NCBI GenBank assembly: GCA_963775935.1 | Contig: CAVZKR010000002.1 | Location: forward strand, 159,687-223,686 | Length of the DNA stretch: 64,000 nucleotides | Direction of reading: 5' to 3' | DNA from: an uncultured Chloroflexia bacterium | GTDB lineage: Bacteria; Chloroflexota; Dehalococcoidia; GIF9; UBA5629 | Part shown: positions 39,076 through 47,766 of the stretch, piece after piece | Numbering within the stretch: the stretch's first letter is position 1 | Layout of the letters: every line of letters starts with the position of its first letter | Translations under genes and position numbers: made by a program | The notes under the pieces: generated by a model | Seen by the model: only the letters and a program-made list of their open reading frames with translations | Told to the model about the DNA's origin: nothing | The model's database searches: none

Positions 39076-39972
39076 ATGGGCGCCGGGCTGGCTCAGGTGT
39101 ATTCTCAAGCCGGCTATCAGGTCTCAGTGTGCTCTCGAAGCCAGCAGACCCTGGATAAAGCTGTAGAGCTTACGAAGTCAAGTTTACAAACGATGGCTGA
39201 TGAGGGTATGGTTGATGGTAAGCAGATACCGGCAATAATAAATCGGATAAAACTGACCACATCGCTCGAGGAAGGCGCTAAAGATGCGGATATCGTGGTG
39301 GAAACAATTGTGGAAAATGCCGAGGACAAGAAAAAGGTCTTTAAGCAGCTGGACGAGCTATGCCCTCCCAGAGCAATCCTGACCAGCAATACCTCGTTCT
39401 TGAATATTTATGATTTTGTGGAGACATCCCGCCCGGATAAGGTGCTTATTGCCCACTGGTATGCGCCGCCTCAGCTTATTCCCTTTGTGGAGGTGGTCAA
39501 AGGTCCCCAGACCAGTGACACCAGTGTCCAGCTCGTCGTTGACCTGCTAAAAAAGATGGGTAAGAAAACTGCCGTCATGGAAAAATTTATTCCCGGTTTT
39601 ATTATTAATCGCCTGCAGATTGCCCTGCACCGTGAGGTGTATTATCTGCTGGACAATGACTTCATTGCACCCAAGGAACTTGATGAGGCTGCCAGATGGG
39701 GACTCGCTCTCCGTATGCTGGTGGTAGGGATTCTGCAGCGAATGGACTATGGTGGTATCGACCTCAGCGTGCAGAACCTCAGTAATCCCAATACTCAGCC
39801 TGTGCCTGCTGATTATAAGCCTAAGAAAATCTACGAGCTCTATGAAAAGGGATACTATGGGGTTAAGAGCGGTAAAGGCTGGTACGATTATTCAGGTAAA
39901 TCACAGGCCGAGTGGAACCGCGAACGAGACGTTGGCTTAATCAGATTACTCAAATCACTGAAGCTGCAATAA
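39076..39972 (+). CDS. 3-hydroxyacyl-CoA-dehydrogenase-family NAD(P) dehydrogenase; candidate 3-hydroxy-5-oxohexanoate dehydrogenase. The true N-terminus lies upstream of the first ATG.
   Basis: The track ORF starts MGAGLAQ. The in-frame upstream codons read IDIKDIKKIFVVGAGT, which are the Rossmann beta1 strand and Gly loop, so coding must begin at or before ~39028-39043. Confidence 0.75.
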   Translation: MGAGLAQVYSQAGYQVSVCSRSQQTLDKAVELTKSSLQTMADEGMVDGKQIPAIINRIKLTTSLEEGAKDADIVVETIVENAEDKKKVFKQLDELCPPRAILTSNTSFLNIYDFVETSRPDKVLIAHWYAPPQLIPFVEVVKGPQTSDTSVQLVVDLLKKMGKKTAVMEKFIPGFIINRLQIALHREVYYLLDNDFIAPKELDEAARWGLALRMLVVGILQRMDYGGIDLSVQNLSNPNTQPVPADYKPKKIYELYEKGYYGVKSGKGWYDYSGKSQAEWNRERDVGLIRLLKSLKLQ

Positions 39973-40031
39973 GAGCAAGTTTTAGCACCCTCATCTTAAT
40001 CCTATTTTTTCTGAAATGTATGGGCGGACTT

Positions 40032-41924
40032 TTAAGTCCACCCTTCCGCAACCAGCTTATCCAATCCCAGCTCAGTCAGCGGCTTAGCGCCAGGCTTGCC
40101 GGTTTTAATGTCCCAGCCCATTGCCTCGAAGTAGCCCTTCTTCAATCTATCGTGGTCGATCACAGCGCCGGTGGCTGGACCGACCTTCTGTGGCAAAGTC
40201 ACTCGCTTGGGCAGTTTGAATGAATCTGGCGTAATGCCCTCACGGGCATTAAAAGCCTGCCTCAAGGTGAGAATTCTGCGCCCTATTTTCAGTCCCTCAG
40301 CCCAGTTCATATCCCAGCCGGTGAGCGGAGCCAGCAATTCCACTACTGGAACAGCGAAGTTAATGGTATAAATAGCGCACAATGCGGTGGATGATAGCAA
40401 CTGGAAATAGGAGTTACCGGTGATGAACATAGGACCTTTTTTATCGAAGTCACCGTACGTTTCTAGCTTAGGGAATTGCAGCAATGGGTCGGCACCGAGA
40501 GGCGCACCATTATTCAATCGACCGCTGCCCTGAACCTCCATGTGACAGGCTGGCTGAGCATCTGAGATCATATTACTACCCAGTGCGGGATTGTTCCTGC
40601 CGTCGTGATAGGGTAATCGGTGCCCTCCTACATGCATGGCGTATGCTTCTGAACCCTTGCCGATACGTTCGGCAGCTTTGGCGGAGCCATCGGCGAGCAC
40701 TGCACCGAAACCTTCACGCTTGCCCATCTTCTCTGCTATGGCCACAACGGCGGCGCCATTGCCCCAGGTGAGCTCGATGCCATCGGTATCTTTCCTGGTG
40801 ATAATGCCCTTTTCATAGCATTCCATGGCGAAAGCGATAACGTTTCCTACTGCCATGGTATCCATGCCGAAGTTGTTACAGAGCTCGTTCGCCTTAATTA
40901 CCGATTCAACATTATCGTTAAGGCACATATTGCCCAGAGCAGCAATAGTTTCATATTCAGGTCGATGCACTTCGCCATTCGTAGCAAAGGGACCTTCTTT
41001 AACATTGATAAGCGCACCACATCGTATGGGACAGGCATGGCAGCCATAGCTTTCCAGCTTATATTTGTCCATGTTGGCGCTGTTTAACTTGTTACAGGTA
41101 GGCATGGAGTCCGTTCCGGTGCTGTTCCAGTTCTTGGTCGGGCTATCGCCGATGGATACCAGGAAGCTATTGCCGCCACCGGTGCCTGCTGTCATAAGGC
41201 CCTGGTGAAACTTGCTGGCGTTAAGGCTCTTCAGGAATGCTTCCCGTGCTGCTTTCAGTCCGGCTATATTGGCTGCCTCGATTTTCTGCTTCACCGTCGT
41301 GTTCTGAATCACTACTGCCTTGAGCTTTTTAGAACCCATTACTGCACCCACGCCGCAGCGGGCGGCTATCCTGCCGCCATCATTGACTATGCCAGCCATC
41401 AGTGAGAGCGACTCTCCCGCCTGGCCGATACAGGTGATAGCAGCCTTCGGTTCGCCCAGCTCTTTTTTCAGGGTTTGCTCGGTTTCCATAGTGTTTTTAC
41501 CCCAGAGGCTTGAAGCATCTTTGATTTCAGCCTTGCCTCCCGATATGAGCAGGTAAACCGGCTTGGCACTTTTACCTGAGAAAAATACCGCATCGTACCC
41601 GACCCATTTCAATTCGGGACCCCAGTAGCCGCCGGAGCTGGCATCAGTCCAGCAACCGGTTGTAGGTGATTTGGTGACGACGGTATAGCGTCCGCCGCCG
41701 GGCACTGGCGCAGCGGTAAACGGGCCGGTGACAAAACCCAGCATATTGTCCGGTCCTAGCGGGTCTGCCTTGGGTTTCATCCGCTCATAGAGAATCCGGA
41801 TGCCCAGCCCTGTGCCACCGATATACTCCCGGTATATTTGCTCTGAAGGAGTCTCCTCCTTGATAGTGCCTTTGGACAGGTCGACAAATAGAATTTTTCC
41901 GGTGTAACATTTGGGCACTGCCAT
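40032..41924 (-). CDS. aldehyde:ferredoxin oxidoreductase (tungsten-pterin AOR family)
   Basis: MAVPKCYTGKILFVDLSKG N-terminus, the CHACPIRC FeS motif and AOR-family length. The ATG at 41924 is preceded by GGAGGAAAAG. Confidence 0.85.
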   Translation of the reverse strand: MAVPKCYTGKILFVDLSKGTIKEETPSEQIYREYIGGTGLGIRILYERMKPKADPLGPDNMLGFVTGPFTAAPVPGGGRYTVVTKSPTTGCWTDASSGGYWGPELKWVGYDAVFFSGKSAKPVYLLISGGKAEIKDASSLWGKNTMETEQTLKKELGEPKAAITCIGQAGESLSLMAGIVNDGGRIAARCGVGAVMGSKKLKAVVIQNTTVKQKIEAANIAGLKAAREAFLKSLNASKFHQGLMTAGTGGGNSFLVSIGDSPTKNWNSTGTDSMPTCNKLNSANMDKYKLESYGCHACPIRCGALINVKEGPFATNGEVHRPEYETIAALGNMCLNDNVESVIKANELCNNFGMDTMAVGNVIAFAMECYEKGIITRKDTDGIELTWGNGAAVVAIAEKMGKREGFGAVLADGSAKAAERIGKGSEAYAMHVGGHRLPYHDGRNNPALGSNMISDAQPACHMEVQGSGRLNNGAPLGADPLLQFPKLETYGDFDKKGPMFITGNSYFQLLSSTALCAIYTINFAVPVVELLAPLTGWDMNWAEGLKIGRRILTLRQAFNAREGITPDSFKLPKRVTLPQKVGPATGAVIDHDRLKKGYFEAMGWDIKTGKPGAKPLTELGLDKLVAEGWT

Positions 41925-42122
41925 AGTAAACTTTTCCTCCTTGTTCTTTTCGGTTGGGGACTTATATGGGCCAGTCAAATGATTATGTGGCGACTATACT
42001 AACAAAAAGCTGCGGGTCAATCAATGACCTGCCAGTATCATGCCATGTTTTGTTTTAATAACGAAATCGTAATTTAATGGGGTAATGCATTCTGAAATCA
42101 GGTGCTGTAGACCAGGTAACAT

Positions 42123-44471
42123 CTATACTTCTCCCAAGGTGAGCTGCTGGTAGTAAAGCTGCTGGGTGGGGTCGTAGGTGAGCCTAGCTCCCATCACCCG
42201 GTACTTCCTGCCTTCCTGGCTGCAGAGCGCATCATAGATGGTAATCACATCAAACAGCTCTACCCCACAGTGCGGCGGCAAGGTGATGAAGCCTGCCCTG
42301 GTTTCCAGGCGTGCCCTCTCCAGGGCTGCATCTGCTGCCTGCACTGCCAGGACTGCGGTGGTGAGGGCGGGGTTAAACCTGATGTCGAGGCGTTCACCCA
42401 CCAGGGCAATCTCTGCCGTTTCCTCATCAGCTCCGTTGCCTGAGCTACCGATAATAAACACCCTGTTGGTTTGATAAGGTAAGCTCCGATAAGAACCGTC
42501 AATTAAATAGTGGTAGACACCGGCGCCCTGGTCGGGGAAGTAAAAGCTATAAGTGGAGCTGTCGCTGGTCTGGGGGTAGACGATATAACCAGTGACGCCA
42601 TCAAAGTAAATGACATCGGGGACTAAGGCCAGCAAGCGCCGTAACAAGGCTGCTCCCGTCTCTCCTGCGTGTACGGTGAGCTTGGGGTACAGGCTGGTGA
42701 TGTCTGAACTCCTGCTCTTATAGCTTAAGCTGCCACCGATGCACTGCATGAGCTTGCTTATCAAACCGTAAACGGTTAGCTCGTTGCTGGCCTGGTTATA
42801 TTCCTGGTAGCCTGGTATGCAATAGCGGTCAAGCAAGCCCCAAGCATCAATACAATAGAAGGTAAGTGTGGCCTGGTTGGGCTCACGGTCGTAAATCCAA
42901 TCCTCGATAAAATACTTATTGCTGGGGCTGCATACCTCATCGCCGGTGGTGGTGTGGTAGCCGTAAGCCAGAGATACCATGCTCCCCTTCTTTATAAAGG
43001 CAGTGGGTAAACTGGCGTACTGCCCCTTGGAATTATCGAAAACAAGCTCCAGCTCTGAGCACTGCAACGGCCTGATGGTTTCCCTGACTGACTGGATATC
43101 TGCGGAGTCCAGGACGATAATGGGTGAGCCTGCGCCTGTGCCTGCGGTGGGGGTAGCCCAACCTTTGGCTGGTAGCGGGCTTCTATACACCTCATTAGCT
43201 CTGGTGCCCCATATATAGTTACTGTCGGCTGCGATAGCTAGACCGTAGGGGCAACTACCGGAAAACATATACGCCTGATTCCAGGATGAATCGTAGAAGT
43301 CAGTGCCTGGTGTTAGCCTAACAAGCCATTTCTCGAACTCACGGTAAAAGGATAGTATGGCGGGGTCACTGCCAGGTTTACATAAAAAGGGAGCGTCAAG
43401 TGCCAGGTTATCAACAAGCCTGGCTGCCAGGATGGCTGATACCTTAGCCCAATCGGGGCTATTAAATCTGGCATTATGGCTGTACATATTACGGAATATC
43501 TGCTGATAATAAGCCTTGAAATAGCCTGATGGGTATATTTCCCTGCCGTAGTAATCCCGGTGTGGTGCTGGTACTAAGATACCTCTCTTGGTGCGGATGG
43601 GTGGGAAGTCTGGCAGCTCTGGCCTGTCCTGGGGTGCTCTATCGTAATACTGCTGTACCAGCTCATAGACGTCCACCGTTGCCTTACCCAAGTTAAGGTA
43701 GTCATAGGGACTCCAATAGCCTGCGGTGACTCTATACCCATCGCCATAAGCGATACGGACCAGCTTGAACTCATCATAAGAATTGATTAGGGCAATGATA
43801 TTCCAGTCGCCATCATAGTACATAGCCAGGGCTTCGGCCTGAGGTGGTGAACTCATATAGTCGGCAGTTCCCCATGATCCACCGATGCGCCTAACTATCC
43901 AGAGGGCGGTAGTGCTGGTATCTGAACCCACGATAGCGCAATCACCGTTGGGCTTATAGGCTACGGCCACAGCTCTACGGCAATCTCCTGCTCCTGAGAT
44001 ATAGGCAGCTCCGCCGAAGCTTATGCCGTTATTCGATGATAGGTTGTAATGAGTCCCGGTGTAAAGGTCGTTGACATAGGAAACTACAATAACCTCTGAG
44101 CCTAGGGCTGCAATGGCGCATGGTAGATCGCCTCCCATGGCCAGATTAGTCCAGGCAGCTCCGAAGTCGGAGCTAGGGCCTGGACTGGCTACTCTCTGAT
44201 GATTGACACCCAAAGGGATCACTGGGGAATTGCGGATACGGTTTAGTGAGCCGTCACCGGCAATAGCAACACCGTGATAGCTGGGGGCAATGGTATCGGT
44301 GGTATAGAGGCAAGTCCAGTTGAATAGTCCTGGGTAGATACCATCTGCTGCAGCTCCGCTGGTGCCTCCTGCCTTCTGGGGGTGGCCGAATGGCCTTACG
44401 GTGTGGCTGAGGACGGGGATGCCTGAGGCGTTCTTCTGAGCCGCCAGTAGAGATGCGCTAAGAGTTTTCAT
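42123..44471 (-). CDS. large phage structural protein: beta-propeller-like N-terminal half plus gpD/Mu-gp44-like baseplate-hub C-terminal half
   Basis: 782 aa, last gene of the phage-like operon. The C-terminal pattern SELELVFDNSKGQYASLP..IKKGSMVSLAYGY...FIEDWIYDREPNQATLTFYCIDAW resembles late-control-D/hub proteins. The N-terminal half has an Asp-box-like SSNNGISFGG. Confidence 0.5.
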   Translation of the reverse strand: MKTLSASLLAAQKNASGIPVLSHTVRPFGHPQKAGGTSGAAADGIYPGLFNWTCLYTTDTIAPSYHGVAIAGDGSLNRIRNSPVIPLGVNHQRVASPGPSSDFGAAWTNLAMGGDLPCAIAALGSEVIVVSYVNDLYTGTHYNLSSNNGISFGGAAYISGAGDCRRAVAVAYKPNGDCAIVGSDTSTTALWIVRRIGGSWGTADYMSSPPQAEALAMYYDGDWNIIALINSYDEFKLVRIAYGDGYRVTAGYWSPYDYLNLGKATVDVYELVQQYYDRAPQDRPELPDFPPIRTKRGILVPAPHRDYYGREIYPSGYFKAYYQQIFRNMYSHNARFNSPDWAKVSAILAARLVDNLALDAPFLCKPGSDPAILSFYREFEKWLVRLTPGTDFYDSSWNQAYMFSGSCPYGLAIAADSNYIWGTRANEVYRSPLPAKGWATPTAGTGAGSPIIVLDSADIQSVRETIRPLQCSELELVFDNSKGQYASLPTAFIKKGSMVSLAYGYHTTTGDEVCSPSNKYFIEDWIYDREPNQATLTFYCIDAWGLLDRYCIPGYQEYNQASNELTVYGLISKLMQCIGGSLSYKSRSSDITSLYPKLTVHAGETGAALLRRLLALVPDVIYFDGVTGYIVYPQTSDSSTYSFYFPDQGAGVYHYLIDGSYRSLPYQTNRVFIIGSSGNGADEETAEIALVGERLDIRFNPALTTAVLAVQAADAALERARLETRAGFITLPPHCGVELFDVITIYDALCSQEGRKYRVMGARLTYDPTQQLYYQQLTLGEV

Positions 44472-44484
44472 TTATATTACTCTG

Positions 44485-44620
44485 TCATTGCGAGCGAAGC
44501 GTGGCAATCTCTATGTTTTGCTGAGGGCGATGAGATTGCTTCGTCGCTATCGCTCCTCGCAATGACATGTGGTTTAATGTTCCTCTCAATGATATGGTGG
44601 AAAGGCTCCTCGCAACGACA
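44485..44620. repeat. REP/MITE-like element, full copy (44485-44567) plus two degenerate boxA' repeats at ~27-bp spacing
   Basis: GTCATTGCGAGCGAAGCGTGGCAATCTC ... GAGATTGCTTCGTCGCTATCGCTCCTCGCAATGAC, then CCTCTCAATGAT and CCTCGCAACGAC. Confidence 0.85.
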
Positions 44621-44644
44621 CCATTTATCATCACTTTGGTGCTA

Positions 44645-45481
44645 TTAGCTGCAATACTTTAATAGCTCTGGCGCCATTTCACCGGCATAATAGAGTGTGC
44701 GATAAGCCGTTGATAGCCTGGCTTTCCAGTCGAAGCCCCTGGCGGTCACGATACCGGCCAGCACTCTGACGTTTTGGAGCTTAGACATGGCGTGATCATA
44801 GTCCAGGTAAGCGATATAGAACTTCTCACCCAAAGACAAGGCTTTATGCTTCAGGCTGCTAAAGCTGCCACAGGTAGAGGGGGCTGCGGGGCATCCTGGC
44901 TCTGACACCCTCTCGGCGGCTTCTCTGAAGCTATAACCCCATACATCAGCAAACCTGGCATCGGCTTTCATCACGATATAGTCCCAGTAGGCTTCGACAT
45001 GCTCGATATGCTCGGCTGGGGCTGCCTGGCCTTCGGCTAATGCCTGGTAAAGCTCGGTGCTGGGATTAGCAGCTCCATAGGTAAGGGGAGCACGCTCCTT
45101 AACCCTAGCATCAAAAGCCTGCACGTCCCATGCTGGAGCTGGAGCTGCTGCTACCACTGCTGGCTGGCTGGCTGCTACTGCTGGCTGGCTGGCTGCTACT
45201 GCCTGGCTGCTTGCCTGCTGCTGTGCGGGCATCAAGTAGCCTGGGGCTACCAAGGCATTAGCTGCCTGGTTTCCAGTGGAATTTTTAATCTTGGTGTTAT
45301 CATTGATGCCTCCCACCAAAGCGATCAGCGTGGGCATAAACTCCTGGACAAGCCCTGATAGCGTGTTCTGAGTTTCTGGATTAGAAACAAAGACATTGAT
45401 GAGGGTGACAACTATGGGGATGATAACAGAAGCGCTATACTTCTTCTTCCCCACCATGAAGTTGTTTAACCAGTTTCCCAT
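44645..45481 (-). CDS. hypothetical membrane-anchored protein with Ala/Gln/Pro-rich repeat linker (phage-like operon)
   Basis: Start MGNWLNNF (M19 of the track ORF; upstream residues are repeat-element translation). N-terminal TM helix. AASQPAV x2 is encoded by a 21-bp tandem repeat near 45150-45200. Confidence 0.5.
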   Translation of the reverse strand: MGNWLNNFMVGKKKYSASVIIPIVVTLINVFVSNPETQNTLSGLVQEFMPTLIALVGGINDNTKIKNSTGNQAANALVAPGYLMPAQQQASSQAVAASQPAVAASQPAVVAAAPAPAWDVQAFDARVKERAPLTYGAANPSTELYQALAEGQAAPAEHIEHVEAYWDYIVMKADARFADVWGYSFREAAERVSEPGCPAAPSTCGSFSSLKHKALSLGEKFYIAYLDYDHAMSKLQNVRVLAGIVTARGFDWKARLSTAYRTLYYAGEMAPELLKYCS

Positions 45482-45519
45482 TAGATTGTGCCTCCTTTTT
45501 GGTTTTTTCCGGTAACGAT

Positions 45520-45576
45520 GAGATTGCTTCGTCACTGCGCTCCTCGCAATGACAGAGGGGCGCTCCTCGCAATGAC
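45520..45576. repeat. REP/MITE-like half element (boxB'-boxA'-boxA')
   Basis: GAGATTGCTTCGTCACTGCGCTCCTCGCAATGAC AGAGGGGCG CTCCTCGCAATGAC. Confidence 0.8.
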
Positions 45577-45585
45577 ATTGGTTTT

Positions 45586-46011
45586 TTAAACAAGTACTGC
45601 CAGGGCATCGGGCAACGATTTGCCTGCCTTCTTATAGTGAGCTGCCAGGTGGGCGGCGGCTGCCAGTATTTGCAGCTCATCGGCGATCACTCTCTGCCCC
45701 TCGACTCCTTGCCGTGATAGGTAAGCCACCATGAGGGGCATGTTCACCCAGTCAACGGTATGCTCGTAACCTAGCTTGCCCTTGATGGCTCGGTATACCT
45801 GCCTGGTATGGTGTGGCAGTTTCCAGGTCTCGGGGTTAGCCCTATCTCCCACAATGGCGAAAGCCTGATGTGGCAAGCCTCCACGTGATACCGGCTGCTC
45901 CTCCTCATCCTGGTCGAACTCATCTGGTGGGATAGTGGGGGCGATAACGTCTATCTTTTTAAGCCCCTTTCTCCCACTTGCTAGTTTCTGCTTTGTTTTA
46001 GTTGTTACCAT
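45586..46011 (-). CDS. hypothetical phage-region protein (141 aa)
   Basis: ORF track. It overlaps the upstream connector gene end by 14 nt, consistent with an operon. Confidence 0.5.
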   Translation of the reverse strand: MVTTKTKQKLASGRKGLKKIDVIAPTIPPDEFDQDEEEQPVSRGGLPHQAFAIVGDRANPETWKLPHHTRQVYRAIKGKLGYEHTVDWVNMPLMVAYLSRQGVEGQRVIADELQILAAAAHLAAHYKKAGKSLPDALAVLV

Positions 46012-46586
46012 AGATTAGCCTCCGTGGTCGTACTTTAGATTTAAGCTTCTTACAGCCGTCAATAAACTCTCTTAGCCTGGCCTCACCCCATGAGCGATAA
46101 TCGGTATCGGTGTTCTCGCCTCCGTAGTTAGCTCTATTGGTGCTGTACTCTGCCTGGGATATAGCTGCATAGGCTGCAGCTCCCAAAGCAACCAGAATCC
46201 TCATGCTGGGTGGGGATGGTAGAACTTCCGTCCAGGGTATGAACCGTGCTCCAATAGACGTTACAATCTTCACCGTCACCGGTGACACCCAGCAAATAGA
46301 GGGTATCCTGGAAGGTTTCAAAGGGGACAAACGTCCTGGGTGTTTCATCGATGGGGAACTCCACCCTGTCTATTGATATCCTGGGGGTAAGGGTGCTGAT
46401 GTCTACCTCCACGCTGGCGGACACGGTTTCCAGGGTGGACATGGTTTCCAGGGGGCAATACTTGGAGAACTCGGATACTGCCCTGGCGACAGCTCTTTCC
46501 AGCTCATCATCCGTCCAGCGGTAGGTAGCCTCATCCTCATCTTTGAGGTCGATGCGTACCAGGGCAACCATAGCGTCTAAGTCCAT
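45998..46586 (-). pseudogene. head-tail connector (gp6-like) protein, frame-broken near 46195-46205
   Basis: Two track ORFs overlap by 215 nt in different frames (46134..46586 and 45998..46348). The N-terminal VALVRIDLKDEDEATYRWTDDELERAV resembles gp6-like connectors. Sensible sequence continues in the +1 frame (LVALGAAAYAAISQAEY...). Confidence 0.5.
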
Positions 46587-46608
46587 AGTAGTGTCTCCTC
46601 ATTCTGTA

Positions 46609-46642
46609 GAGATTGCTTCGTCACTTCGTTCCTCGCAATGAC
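46609..46642. repeat. REP/MITE-like half element (boxB'-boxA')
   Basis: GAGATTGCTTCGTCACTTCGTTCCTCGCAATGAC. Confidence 0.8.
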
Positions 46643-46799
46643 AAGGTGGGCGTTTTTAGCAGCTCCACCTGGACGGATCCGCTGGGGTCTGAGACAATTC
46701 TGCCAACGTCACCACGCTGCAAGCCCAGCTCCTTCTCCAGATCAACACAGGTAATTGACGAATATGGTTTTAAGTTTAGCCACATAGTTAATTCCTCCT

Positions 46800-47564
46800 T
46801 TATGCTTTAGGTAAGGCAACTGCCAGCGCATAGGCTGAAACAGCTATAGCCATGTTGGCTACGCCTGCGCCATTTTCCACATCAGCATAAGCGCTCATAA
46901 GCGCTGCTGAATCGCCTGCTGGTATTTTAGCGGTATCGGTTTCGGTATACTTCAATACCCAGCCTGTGCCTGAATCGATATAAAACTTAATGCTGGTGGC
47001 TGGCGTATGCACAATAAGAGCGTAATAATTCGTCCAGGTGGAAAGCGCCATAGATAACGATGTTTCTTTTCGTGAATCTCCATAGCTCTCGGCGTAAAGA
47101 GCACCGGCCATAACCTTCAAGCCAACACCTTTAGCTGCCAGGTCTCCAAGTGTAGTTACCTGCTTAAACTGAAACCTGGCAATAGTGAGAGCCGTATTAA
47201 CACTAATCTCAAACGTAAACTTCAGCATATACGGCTTATTAAAGTCAAACAAACTACATAACCTTCCTGGTCTGGTCGCAAGAGCCATCGAGGCATCACC
47301 AGTTGATGACGAGCCTGTAGTTGTCCCTGTATTCAGATAGTTATACCAGAGGCCACCGTAGCCGCCACCAGAGCCTACCTTATTGCGGTTATAGAAATAG
47401 CTACCAAGAGAATACTCATAGCGATGGCCTGAAAGGCTAATACCGCTGGGGTCCTCGTAGGCAATAAAAGGCCTGCCGTAATTATCAAACAACTGCGCTG
47501 GGTTAGTCGGGTCAACTATGACCTGGATGGGGTGACCATATTCATCAAACAATTCATTTGCCAT
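46800..47564 (-). CDS. hypothetical phage structural protein (254 aa, Gly/Ser/Thr-rich, beta-rich)
   Basis: ORF track plus its position between the decoration-like and connector genes. Confidence 0.5.
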   Translation of the reverse strand: MANELFDEYGHPIQVIVDPTNPAQLFDNYGRPFIAYEDPSGISLSGHRYEYSLGSYFYNRNKVGSGGGYGGLWYNYLNTGTTTGSSSTGDASMALATRPGRLCSLFDFNKPYMLKFTFEISVNTALTIARFQFKQVTTLGDLAAKGVGLKVMAGALYAESYGDSRKETSLSMALSTWTNYYALIVHTPATSIKFYIDSGTGWVLKYTETDTAKIPAGDSAALMSAYADVENGAGVANMAIAVSAYALAVALPKA

Positions 47565-47592
47565 AATCAGTTACTCCTTTTCTGTCAGCGAT

Positions 47593-47626
47593 GAGATTGC
47601 TTCGTCGCTGCGCTCCTCGCAATGAC
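47593..47626. repeat. REP/MITE-like half element (boxB'-boxA')
   Basis: GAGATTGCTTCGTCGCTGCGCTCCTCGCAATGAC. Confidence 0.8.
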
Positions 47627-47766
47627 AGAGTATATTTGCCAGGGTGGGGGGGCTGGGTAGTATTACCCCCCTCCCTGGCTGTGCAAGGAGGTTAGATGGC
47701 CTGCAGGGCGGTTACCTCTGATGAGGTGGGTATACCCTGCAAGCTCTAACGCTTCTTATTCAGTTG

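Noticed and set aside
41925-42122. Prophage attachment site / tRNA at the left boundary of the phage-like region
   Set aside because: I could find no tRNA-like structure, no integrase, and no repeat matching the right boundary (51494-51812).
45410-45500. Apparent pair of compensating frameshifts in ORF 44645..45535 when I read the bases one by one (an extra G near 45416, a missing T near 45497)
   Set aside because: Two independent ORF-track entries (44645..45535 and 45435..45680) translate straight through. The discrepancy is therefore my miscounting of homopolymer runs, not biology. I record it as a warning about +/-1-nt precision of hand-derived coordinates.
45435-45680. ORF-track entries whose peptides contain ..CHCEERSDEAIS.., ..HCERSEAISV.., ..VIARSPPTVRRRSNL.. 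and similar. These are 45435..45680, 48110..48358, 51559..51744, 57394..57591, 57863..58060, 57866..58249, 59078..59554 and 59369..59551. The N-terminal extensions of 58005, 62219 and 44645..45535 belong here too.
   Set aside because: They are translations of the REP/MITE-like repeat in various frames. They have no RBS and no coding-like composition outside the repeat.
46134-46348. Programmed G/GT-type translational frameshift in the connector-like gene
   Set aside because: The downstream frame is +1, not -1. I see no slippery heptamer. The N-terminus resembles a head-tail connector rather than a tail assembly chaperone.
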